A stretch of 62,465 bases of DNA, counting the filler. It is 13 parts of 13 records of this genome, joined end to end, with 100 filler letters (N's around TTAATTAATTAA, not from the genome) between each part and the next. Parts side by side here need not be neighbours in the genome. Positions count along the whole stretch, not along the records: positions 19,326 to 24,243 come from SRR7504441_5404; positions 24,344 to 30,987 come from SRR7504441_5405; positions 31,088 to 37,096 come from SRR7504441_5432; 10 more parts are not named here. One strand, 5' to 3'. Shown here in pieces: positions 22,730-33,537 of the stretch. The notes beneath the pieces were generated by a model. The model was not told the origin of the DNA. It saw nothing but the letters and a program-made list of their open reading frames with translations, and did no database searches. Positions within the stretch are counted from its first letter, which is position 1; the number at the start of each line of letters is the position of its first letter. The position numbers and the translations under genes are program-made.

Positions 22730-23908
22730 CTAGGCCGCGGCATCCTCCAGCAAGCCTTGCGTGCCCTCCACCGAGCCGAGCTCTCTAATCTGTTCCAAAA
22801 CATGCTCTATCGACAGCTCTAGCCCGGCAGTCGGGTCAGGCAACGGTGTGTCGGTGACCTCGGCCTGTATTGCCTGCTCCAGCTGGCTCAGCACCTCTCT
22901 GTGCACGGCCAGCAGCTCCTCGGGCCGGCACTGGCTGACTGCCTCTGCCTTGAGGATCGATGAAAACAGCCGCGACCGGAATATGCCCAGCTGGTGCAGC
23001 TGACTGTTCACCTGCTCCACTTTGTCCCGCCCGGCCGCCTGGAGCATCTTGTCCAGCGCGGCCTCCCTGCCGTCCAGCTCTGCACGCAACCTCCCAAACG
23101 TCTCCGACACAGTCCGCCTGGCTAGTCCTATCGTGCCGGTGTCCTCGCTGCAGCAGCCGGCGCGCTCCTCCCCGAGCTCAGCCACCACCCGCTCCAGGCT
23201 GCGCGACCGCTCTATCGCCTCGGCCTCGGCGGCCACCGCGGTGACAATCGCTTGGTAGATCCGCTCTCTGCAGCTAGCGGCCGCCTCTGTGAGCGACTGG
23301 ACTGAGTGGCCAGCATGATCGGCCCGGGCACACTCTGGGCAAATCGGCTGGTCGCAGTCCACGCAGAACTGGCTCCGGGTGCTCCCAGCGTGCACGGCGC
23401 ACCGGCCGCCGCCCGAGCCGCCGATCTGGCGGGTGCGGTGCCGCTTGAGCACCTTGGAGTTGTGCGTGGCCGACATGCAGCCGGCGCAGAGGCCCACCTG
23501 GCACTGCTCGCAGAATACCGACGCCCGGGCCGACTCGCACTCCTCGCACCAGCGGGGGGGCAGCTCGTCCGTTGGCCGCTTGGCCACCGCGTCACGGAGC
23601 GCGTAGTTTGGGAGCGGCGGCTGGAGGATGGGGGCCTGGCAGGTCGGGCAGCGCGGGTGCGGCTCGCCGGGGTGGACCGGAAGCAACCCGATGCACTGCT
23701 TGCACACGGTGTGCGCGCAGCCGAGCACGTGCGGCACCCGGTCGCCCTCGGCCTCAAACGGAGAGAGGCAGATCGGGCACTCTAGCGGGGACTCTCGCGG
23801 GTCCCGGCCGTCCAGCCTGAGCCCGTCCAGCGAGAGCGGCGTGCACGGACTGGATGACGGCCGGCGACCAGCGCAGCAGGCCTTGCTCATCACCAGCGCG
23901 GTGCTCAT
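22730..23908 (-). CDS. TRIM/RBCC-type E3 ligase: RING + two B-boxes + coiled coil
   Basis: CPIC..CAHTVCKQC..CPTC; CEEC..FCEQC..LCAGC..H..H; CAVH..FCVDC..ICPEC..HAGH; helical tail. Confidence 0.88.
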   Translation of the reverse strand: MSTALVMSKACCAGRRPSSSPCTPLSLDGLRLDGRDPRESPLECPICLSPFEAEGDRVPHVLGCAHTVCKQCIGLLPVHPGEPHPRCPTCQAPILQPPLPNYALRDAVAKRPTDELPPRWCEECESARASVFCEQCQVGLCAGCMSATHNSKVLKRHRTRQIGGSGGGRCAVHAGSTRSQFCVDCDQPICPECARADHAGHSVQSLTEAAASCRERIYQAIVTAVAAEAEAIERSRSLERVVAELGEERAGCCSEDTGTIGLARRTVSETFGRLRAELDGREAALDKMLQAAGRDKVEQVNSQLHQLGIFRSRLFSSILKAEAVSQCRPEELLAVHREVLSQLEQAIQAEVTDTPLPDPTAGLELSIEHVLEQIRELGSVEGTQGLLEDAAA

Positions 23909-24243
23909 CTCCTCGGCTCCCGTCTCTCAGCACGGGTCGCCGGTCTTTGCCAAATCGAGATTAGCGGCTCACAACGCACCTTGCGAATCGAGGAAGTCAA
24001 TACGGCTGTACACAATCATGATCAACCACTCAACATAACAGTACGTAGTACAAGTGTAGAGTGGCCAAGGAGACCACGCAAGCACCAATTATTGCAGTGA
24101 TGATTCACACTGGCTGTTTGAGCAAATCTGAAACTCGACCCTTTTGTGAAAGCCAACTGAGCTTTTTCTTTAATCAACACGAAACTCAAGGCCGAGGACG
24201 GTAGTCATGTGCTTACTTGTATGTAATACAAGGTCACCCGATC

Positions 24244-24343
24244 NNNNNNNNNNNNNNNNNNNNNNNNNNNNNNNNNNNNNNNNNNNNTTAATTAATTAAN
24301 NNNNNNNNNNNNNNNNNNNNNNNNNNNNNNNNNNNNNNNNNNN
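24244..24343. other. Artificial contig spacer
   Basis: Same linker. Confidence 0.98.
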
Positions 24344-24378
24344 TGGGTGCTGCAAGCTCTTTTGCTCGCTTTTTTACT

Positions 24379-27300
24379 TTGGCGCTGGTCAGCGCCGCGC
24401 AAACCGGGGTCAACACGCTACGCAGCATGCGGGAATGGCCGACGTGGCTGGAGCACACCTGGTTCGGATGGGTGACGCAGCTCACGGCCACCGGGATGGA
24501 GCGGTCGCTCGTCCCGGACGACTGCTTCCCGCTCCCGGCCCAGCTTTCCACCCGGGAGTGCACCGACCGGCTGGCCGCCCGCTGGGAGGCTGCCGGGCCG
24601 GGCGGCAAGCTATGGCGGATCCTTCTGGCTGAGCACGGGTGCGAAGTCCGCTGGCTGTGCCTGTGGTCGGTGCTCAACGCTGTCGGCGAGCTGTGCCGCC
24701 CGTGCTCGGTCTACGCGCTGCTCCGGGTCCTCGAGAAAGACGACCCGGACGACCTGCCCGTGGGGCTCGGGCTGTGCGGCGGGCTGCTGCTCGCCTCGGT
24801 GCTGGGCCAAGTGTCGATCGTCAACTACTACTTTATCGCCAAGTCCCAGATCGGGTCCAAACTACTCGGGTCGGTCCACGGGCTCGTGCTCCGTAAGACG
24901 ATCAGAATGCCCGTCTCGGGCTGTGACAAATCCGAAGTCAATCTGGTGGCGGCCGACGCCCAGATGATCCTGGAGGGCTGCTTCTGGGGCGTGCGGCTGT
25001 CCGGGTTCATGGTGATGATCGGAGTGAGCATAGGCCTGCTGATTTGGCTGCTCGGTTGGGCGGCCGCGTGTGCCATCGTGCTGCTAGTCTCGCTGGTCGG
25101 GCTTCAGTCGGCGGTGGGCCGGCTGCAAGGCCGGCAGCAGCGGCACAAGCAGGCGCACGCTGATTCGCGGATCCAGCAGGTGCTCGAGGCCGTCAGCGGG
25201 ATAGGAGTTCTCAAGCAGCAGGTGTGGGAGGCGAGCAGGATGATGGAGATCGACAAGGACCGCGCGCCCGAACTGAGTCGGCTCAAGCGGATCCGGCTGC
25301 TGTTCAGCACCAACGAGGTGCTCTCGGGCTCGATCGGGGCGCTGGTGGTCTTTATGGCGTTTGCTATTTACTCGGAGAGCCACACGCTGGACTCAGCCAC
25401 CGTGTTCACAAGCTTGGCCATTTTCAACATTTTGCGGCAGCCGCTCACATTCATTCCAATTATAGCCGACGCGCTGGTGAAGGGGTCGGTCTCGTGCGGC
25501 AGGGTCCAGTCTTATCTCAGGCAGCGCGACCTGGAGCCGCTGTACAGTGAGCGCGCAGTTAAGATTGATGTGTTATCGATGGACCAACAGCCATTGGTGC
25601 TGAGTAAGACGGATGTGGCCGAGATGGAGTACACTAAGCCCGAGCAGCCACCGGCCCCGCTCATCAAGAGCGACGGGCACGTGATAAACAGTGTGAGCTC
25701 CAAGAGTGCAATTGCTATGAGCGGTATCTTTGGATACGGCAGTGACTCGGATTTCAGTCTGAAGGCGGAGATGGCAGTCGAGCAGGGCCAAATCATCGGG
25801 GTATGCGGGAGGGTGGGCGCCGGCAAGTCATCCTTGCTTCGGGCGCTCCTCAGAGAGCTGGATCCGCTGCCCGGCACTGTGAGCAGAGTCGAACTGAACG
25901 GTGCTCTGGCCCTGGCCCCCCAGGTCGCCTGGATCCAGAGGGTGCGTGCCGCCTGCTGTCTGCTGCTCAGTTGTGTGTGGTCCAGGGAAGTGTGCGTGAC
26001 AGCATACTCTTCGGTTCGGCATTCGACCCAGCATGGTATCAAGAGGTGGTCGTGGCATGTGCGCTCGATGTCGATTTCCAAAGCATGCCCAATGGCGACC
26101 TGACAGAAATCGGGGAGCGGGGCATTTCGCTCTCAGGGGGGCAACAAGCTCGGCTAAGCATCGCGCGCTGCGCGTACAGCCGACCGGATATTGTGCTGCT
26201 CGATGACCCTCTTGCAGCCTTGGACCAGAACGTGGCATCAGCTGTGTTCAACAACTGCCTGCAGAAGCTCATGAAGGGATGCACTGTAGTGCTGGTTTTG
26301 AATCAGGTGACCTGCTGACCCGAACGGCCCTGCCTGACTAGCATTGTGTGCTCTGCAGCTGCACTTGCTTGAGCGATGCCACAGAGTGGTCTTCCTCAGT
26401 GGGGCACCCTCTGCAGTCGCTCACAGCGGCACCCTCGTGGAGCTGACTGCCCAGCAGCCAGAGTTTGCTTTCATGCTCAAGGAATACGGCGCTGCAACCG
26501 AGCAGGCCAATGACGCAGAAGGGTCGCTGGTAGTGGCATGCAAGTCGGAGGGCGATTTGATCAAGACTGGCGATGCAGCCAGCTGTAAGGGTCCGGAGGA
26601 GAGCAAGGAGGAAGGCACGATCAAGCTTGGAACCTGGGCTGGCCTCATCAAAGCCTGCGGCGGCTGGGTGTTCGTCGCAAACATGGTTGCGGCGCTTCTG
26701 ACCACTGGCCTGGCCCTGGCAGCTTTGGACTTCTTCCTGGCTTGGTGGGTCGACGATCTTGAGGACAACCCTGATACCTCATCCACCCGGCATCTCATCA
26801 TGCTAGCAGGCGCAGTCGCGAGTATCATACTCGCCACGCTGTGGCGGACCTTGACATTTGCATTCGGATTCCTCCGAGCTGCTCGCATAATGCACCAGGA
26901 CGCGCTATCCGCAGTCCTGTACTCGCCAATGCGCTTCTTCCATACCCAGAGCACCGGCAGGATTGTCAATCGCTTCTCGGGCGATTTGCTCGTGATGGAG
27001 CAGCAGCTGACAATCTTTGGTGAGCACTGCATGCTCTGCCTGATGATGGTTATATTGTCACTTATCATCATCTGCGTCCTGATCCCCGAGTTCTTAGCTG
27101 TCCTCGCGATTATGGTTGTAATTTTCGTCTTGGTGGTCCGGCGCTATCAAGCCACGTTCCGTGATCTCAAGCGGATTCACGCAATATCAAAGAGCCCGTG
27201 TCTCCAGCTGCTCACAGAGGTGGTCGATGGACGCAGTGCGATCCGGAGCTTCGGAATGGAAGAGTACACCACCAGTGTGTTTTACCAGATATGCGACAAT

Positions 27301-28472
27301 CACACCAGAAGCTGGTACACCATGACGTGCTGCCAATGGTGGCAGTACATCCGAATCTCAATGATCGGTGCCTCCGCAGTGTTTGTCATCGCCATCAGCT
27401 GTGTGCTGCTCCGCAATTCGCTCTCCCCAGGATACGTCGGCCTGGTGCTCAACTTTGCACTTCTGCATACGTGGTATCTGACCGGTCTGGTGATCCTGGC
27501 CTGTGAGGCGGAGGGGAGTATGGCAGCAACAGAGCGGCTCTACGAGTTCACCCAACTGCCTGCTGAAGCGCTTGACACTGCCACGGATAGTTCAGTCCAG
27601 CCTTCGGCCGACTGGCCGGCTGCGGGTCGGGTCGAGATCCGGGGCTTGAAGGCTAGATACGCAGCTCACCTGCCGCCGGCACTGAGCATAGACGAGTTTG
27701 TGATTCCTGCTGGCCAGTCTCTAGGGCTCGTCGGCCGGACCGGGAGCGGCAAGACGACTATGATCAATTGTCTATTTAGAATGCTGCCTATCGACTCAGG
27801 GTGCCCCGCTGGCCTCGGCGGGTATGAGTCCGGCACAGGTGTATCTTCATTGACGGTGTGGACATCGCCTGTGCAGGGCTTCAACTGCTCCGTTCGCGGC
27901 TCTCCGTGATTCCGCAGCATCCAATGCTGTTTCAAGGTGCATTGAGAGACAATATTGATCCTTTCCACCAGCTTTCGGACGAGGAGGTGCTGGAGGCTGT
28001 GACGCAAGCAGGTCTGCACTCGTTGAACGAGGAATTTAAGCTCTCGGAAGCACCGGCCGCCTCGTTGCTGCTGCAAGAGGTTGGTGCGGCCGGGGAGAGT
28101 CTATCGGTTGGCACAAGGCAGCTGGTTTGCATCGCTCGAGCGCTGGCTCGCAAGACCAGAGTAGTGCTGTGTGACGAGGCCACTGCGAGCCTTGACCAAG
28201 AGACCGACTCTCTGGTGATGCATGCGCTGCAGAACCACTTTGGACATGCCACCTGCATCATCGTGGCCCACCGCTTGCACACGGTGATAACGTGCGACAC
28301 TGTAGCGGTTGTGGACAAGGGCCAGATTGCAGAGAGCGGAGAACCGGATACCTTGCTGACCAGCAATCCTACAGGCATGTTTGCCCAGCTGGTCGACGCT
28401 TGTGGCTCCCAAACCGCCCAAGCACTGAAATCACAGGCGTCCAAAGCATCAGCCGCAAAAAAGGCTCGCTAA
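24379..28472 (+). CDS. ABCC/MRP-family full ABC transporter (start uncertain)
   Basis: TMD-NBD-TMD-NBD layout: GRVGAGKS, IGERGISLSGGQ, LLDDPLAALD, GRIVNRFS, GRTGSGKT, LSVGTRQL, DEATASLD, VAHRL. Three short introns (e.g. 25942-25985). Confidence 0.93.
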
Positions 28473-28643
28473 ACACACGTCATTGTACTGACTTGGCTAA
28501 ATCATACATGGTACTGTACATGACTAACACCCGTACAATCATGACTAAGTCTTGTACAATCATGACATTCACGGACGTTGTACGGTAACTAATCGATTTT
28601 GGTAAATACATGTACATGAATTGTAAATGAGTGTTCTGTTAAT

Positions 28644-30632
28644 TTATTTTGAGGCAGCATCGATCACACTTAGGATTATAGCTACTGCCGAAATTACAAA
28701 CATGGTCCCGGCCACAACGAGTGCCAGGCTCCTCGGTTGGATTGTGAACCGGCAGCTCACTTTAGGCACAATCACGATCTCGCTTTGTGTGGTTGGTTCC
28801 GGTTCTGATAGGTGATCCAGCTTTTGCTCAAGCCTGGCCTCTTCGTCCATCTCAGCTTGCTTGCTTGCCTCCTCGGCCAGCTCAGTTGAGGTGGGATACC
28901 TTCGGAGCGCCTCCACAAATAGCAGAGGCGGGACCACGAAATTGATAAAGCCTTGGAAGATGAGCGCCGCCCAGTTCAGCACTGTAGAGAACCCGCCCAT
29001 GTTGGTCAGCACGGCTGTGAGTATCCAGGGGAAGACCACAGCCCAGAACGATGCCCACCGCGGGGAGCAGAGGCCGCCAGACACAAGATTATATCGAACC
29101 ACTATCGCGAGCACAGGGATCCCTGGGATGAGCGTGGCTATCATGAAGGTGTATGAGGCGGCAACAGTGATCGCAGGGTTGGCCGCAGGTCCGGAGCTCT
29201 GATCCAAGATGAGCAGCAGGTTCTGACAGTCCTCTGAGGTGCTCACAGGGTTGCTGCCAGTGAGTCTGTAGGCCCAAGCTCCGAGCACAGCAAACACAAC
29301 CTTGAAGAAGAAGCCCATCCCGCAGCTGTACCAAATGCTCTGATTGACACTCACTTCCGGCTTCTTCTCATTCACCCAAGAGGGGATGGTTACTATGAAT
29401 GCCCAGGAGAAGGCCACCACACCCAAAGTCGAGCTTTGGTCGGCTGTGGCGAATGGGGTGTATGAAGGTTCCAGCGGGCGATGATATTCTCCACTGGAAA
29501 GCGGGGCGATCAGGGTGAACTGGATTACAAAGAGCACCCAGATCGCGAGGAATGCTATCATGTTGACCCACTGTGCCCAGATATTGTCATCAAGATTGAC
29601 CAGCCCGAGCGGAATGCACACCAGGATCGAGACGGCAAGCCCTATTGATAGGCAGTACGGCGACGGCCACAGATTTTCGGTCATTGACTTGACGGAAGTA
29701 GTGATGAACTCTGGTGGCCAGACGTCATATCGGAGCGCCCCGCTCACGTTGCAGACGAATTTGAGGAGGTCGTCAACCGTCTGGACACATACGATCATCG
29801 CCGCGATATTGGAGGCCTGGAGCGAGAGGTTGAGGAACATCTGCGCCACGCTGAACGCCAGCTTCCCGTAGTAGTGCTTGACGGCGTCGCAGAACTCGTA
29901 CCTTCGGTTAGTCTCCAGGTTGACGGCATCGAAGTGCTGATTGCCCGGAATCCGCCGCATAGCTTCGCACAACATGGTAGACGAGAAGGCCGAGATGAGC
30001 CCGCACAGCGCCATTATCAGGGTGGCCGGGAACCAACCGGCCTTCTGGAACAGGTACGGGAAGGAGACCATCGCCGGCCCCATTATGTTGTTGGTGAGCA
30101 GCGAGATCCCACTCCAGTAGCCGATGGTCTTACCCCCCATGACGTCATCTTCGTGGTCAGCCCCGTCTCCCTCGTCGCTGTTGATTGAGGGCACTCGGGT
30201 TACGGGCACTGGCCGCGCAGGCATCAGCGCGTCCCCCAACGCGTCTCCTCCTCCAGAATCCGGCATGAATGAGAGAACTGAACTCATCAGTTGACTCAAC
30301 TCGCGGCGTTCTCTGGCATGTCTGGATCCAGCACGCCGGCGTCCGACATCTCGACGTCCAGCAGCCGGTGTGACAACCGATCCAGCACGCCGGTGTCGAT
30401 CCAGCACGCCGGTGGTATGGGAGCTGCCCGGTAGCTGTCATATGGCTCCACGGAGGCTGCTGTTGACGGGGGCGGGGGATCCTGGCGGCTCGGCCTCCCC
30501 AGCAGCCGACCGCCCCCCGTGGAAACCTCCGCCGCTCGATTTGGCCTCCGGCTCGTTCCAGTCAACGCTGAGCATCCGGGCGGTCGGCACCGACTCGGCT
30601 ACGACTCGGAGCGGTGGCGAGCTGGCCTGCAT
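28644..30632 (-). CDS. Amino acid transporter (AAAP/Aa_trans-like); 5' structure ambiguous
   Basis: About 11 hydrophobic segments; TNNIMGPAM, AGW, IPSWVNEK. The upstream segment is in the same frame but separated by TGA at 30440-30438. Confidence 0.8.
30325..30414. repeat. Short repeat cluster of GATCCAGCACGCCGG, including a 19-nt tandem duplication
   Basis: Copies at about 30325, 30357 (degenerate), 30377-30395 and 30396-30414. Confidence 0.85.
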
Positions 30633-30987
30633 CGCCTGACTGACCGGTGGTTGGCTGGTAGGGGCCGGATTCGGTGCCACAGGCTCCCGGCCGCTGCTCC
30701 GGCTGGCTGTGGATACGCTAAATACGCACTTTTATTACGAGATTATGCTTAGGGTTGGGTGCGCTGTATGAGCTAAAGGTGCAGGTGCTAGTGGAGCTTG
30801 GCACAGGCTATTTTACAGCTCGGCGTCACCTAGCTTTCTCTTCGCGCTCGGCTTGCAATTCGGGCAGTCCTTCCTTGCGCAAGGCATCTCCGACAGGTAA
30901 GCATACCGACCTGTCCTCTTGGGATGCCGGTGTCCACAGAACCACGTTTGACCTGGGGGCAGGAAGCCTTTATCGTAGCACACAGGG

Positions 30988-31087
30988 NNNNNNNNNNNNN
31001 NNNNNNNNNNNNNNNNNNNNNNNNNNNNNNNTTAATTAATTAANNNNNNNNNNNNNNNNNNNNNNNNNNNNNNNNNNNNNNNNNNNN
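30988..31087. other. Artificial contig spacer
   Basis: Same linker. Confidence 0.98.
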
Positions 31088-31137
31088 CGGCGGGGCAAGC
31101 TTCGGCGGGGCAACAGACAGGCTCCAGTGGCCGGTCA

Positions 31138-32914
31138 GTGAACGGGGAATTCTGGTGCGCTCTGCACAGCGTGTCGCTCTGCAAACTCAAGCTGGATTGG
31201 GACACCAAGCGGGCGGCCCGGTGCGAGGTGCTCAAGGCCCGGGCGGAGGAGAAGCTGCGCGATGCGGAAGAGGAGTGCGTGCAGGCAGTAGAGCAGGCCA
31301 CGCAGGTGAGGTACCGAGCGGCTCAGTTTGCGGAAGAGCTCACGGCCACACGCGTGTTCCAGAACACCTCGCAGAGCCTTTCGGAAAGCCTGCGCAGGGC
31401 GTCGGCCAAGCTAACGGCGGTCAGCCCCACCAGCCTGGAGGAACTCAAGGCGTGCAAGGCCGGGCTGGACGAGACGCTTTCCATAGGCGAGGACGTGGTC
31501 AATACGATCTCAGACTTCAGCTGCCGGGTGGAGCAGATGGAGAACGACGTGACCACTGCCGCCGAAAAAGCCGTTCGTGTGACCGAGGCCGAAAACGAGC
31601 TGCAGGCGGCCAAAGACTCGCTGCGCAGCACTGAGAAGAGCCTGAGCGACTGCCAGCTGGCAGCCGAGCTAGCCGAGAGCCGACTGAAATCGGTCCAAGA
31701 GCAGCTCCGATGGAACTGGGCGCTGCCTCTAGAGCAGCTCCTGTGCATCTTCAAGTTTGCGGGCGAGGGCGGCCGGCGGTGCCTCGTGAGTTCGTGCAAA
31801 GACTTTTGCCAAGTGGTCAAGTCTGGGCGCGAGAAGGGCAACTTCAGGCACGAACTGCTGGTGCTCGTGTGCGACCAGAACAAGTGGGCCGACCGAGCCG
31901 AGCTCAACCACGTTGTGGGGCACACTTTCACTCTGAACGGCGACTCACTAGACCGGAGCTCACACAGCCAAGTATACTCGCGGCAGCCGGCCCGGAGTAA
32001 GTACGCGGTCGCGAGCGACGGCAACAAGATCTACATGCTCGGCGGCCGGATGCTCGCCCAGAAGGACTCGACCGGTAAGCCGCGCAGTGGGCCGGCGCTG
32101 GACACGTGCTGTGTGTTTGATGCGGAGCGATCGCTGCAGTGGGAACCGATCGCCTCAATGCTGCAGCCACGCGAACAGTTCCAGGCTGTCATGCTTCAGG
32201 GCCAGATCGTGGTGTTCGGAGGCGCAGACCGATCGGCCGGCGCCTCGGCCGCCCGGACTTCGGAGCGATACAACCCTGAGACCGATACCTGGTGACTGGT
32301 GGTCGGATGCGCGGCTGAATGTTGGCTGCAGGGTGCAAGCTGAGATGATCCCGACTCTGCGAGAGCAGCACGGGCTGGTGGTGCTGGAGCACCGACTGTT
32401 CCTTGTGGGCGGGCTGGTCAACCGACAGGCAGCTGCTTGTGCTGCTGCTCTCTGACAGCTGGCTGCAGTTTGCGAGGTCGGTCGAGACGTACGACGTGAG
32501 CACCGGCCAGTGGGGGGTGGTCCACAACATGACCTCCCGCCGGGCCAACTGCGCCACCGTCATTTTCGGCGGCAGGTGCACCCAGCACCAGGGCCGGCTG
32601 ACGGCCGGCTGCAGTGTGGTTGTGATCGGCGGGCGGAACAACACGCATCTGCTCAATACCTGCGAGGCCTACAACCCGGCCACCGACACCTGGGCCCCGG
32701 TGAGCGGCAGCCCGGCTGGCCCAGCCCGAGCGGCTGTGCGCAGATGGCGCCTCTGCACACGACACGGTTCAACGCTGGGGCTGCAGTGGTTGGCGAGCGG
32801 TTGTTTGTGTGTGGTGGGCGTGGTGTCAACAACTCGATGCACCTCTCCGTCGAGGAGTACCTGCCTCAGAACGACGCATGGATCCAGGTCACCGCCCCGC
32901 CCAGCCCGGCCTGA
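31138..32914 (+). CDS. Coiled-coil + F-box-like + Kelch-repeat protein (probably 5' partial)
   Basis: LPLEQLLCIFKF..LVSSCKDF; Kelch blades IYMLGG, IVVFGG, LFLVGG, VVIGG, LFVCGG, with YNP.TDTW. Four short introns including GC-AG 32429-32468. Confidence 0.85.
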
Positions 32915-33537
32915 CACGCTCTCGGCAGCTCGAGCCCATGTCGTCGCCCCGCGCCAGCCACTTTCACAAGCCAGCTGCGCACTGCGAGAAGATCGCCACT
33001 ATCCAGCTGGGCAGCTCGCTCCTGGTGCTCGGGGGAGCCGACCAGCGCTCGATGAGCCAGGTCTGCCCCAGAGCCAGCGGCCGTTGAATGGGCTGCGCTC
33101 CAGGCAAATAGGGAAGCTTACGCGGTCGGGGAGCTGTATAACACCGAGACTGGTGACTGTTGCTGGCCGGGTGGCTCTGACCCGCGGGCAGGCACCTGGC
33201 AGAACATGAATATATTCAAGCCGCTTCAAACTCATAAGATTTACCAAGTGGCCCGAGTGGAGAGTAAGATGTAGCTATAGCTGATAGACCAAAGGGAAAT
33301 GGCTCCGACACCCCGGTTCGGACCCAAGATTGCACGTGTTATTCCTGAAGTTCAGGGTTGATAAATTGTACACAATGCTTCTTCTACGGTATTCAATTAA
33401 CTATCAATTAAGATACATGTATAATAATTATAGCGTTCAACCTTTTGACGTTTGAAAGGGATCCCAGCCGCAGTAGTCGCGAGGGTAAAACGGCTCGTAA
33501 ACGGGCACGCCCCGCCGCGGGGACGCGGCTTGGCGGG

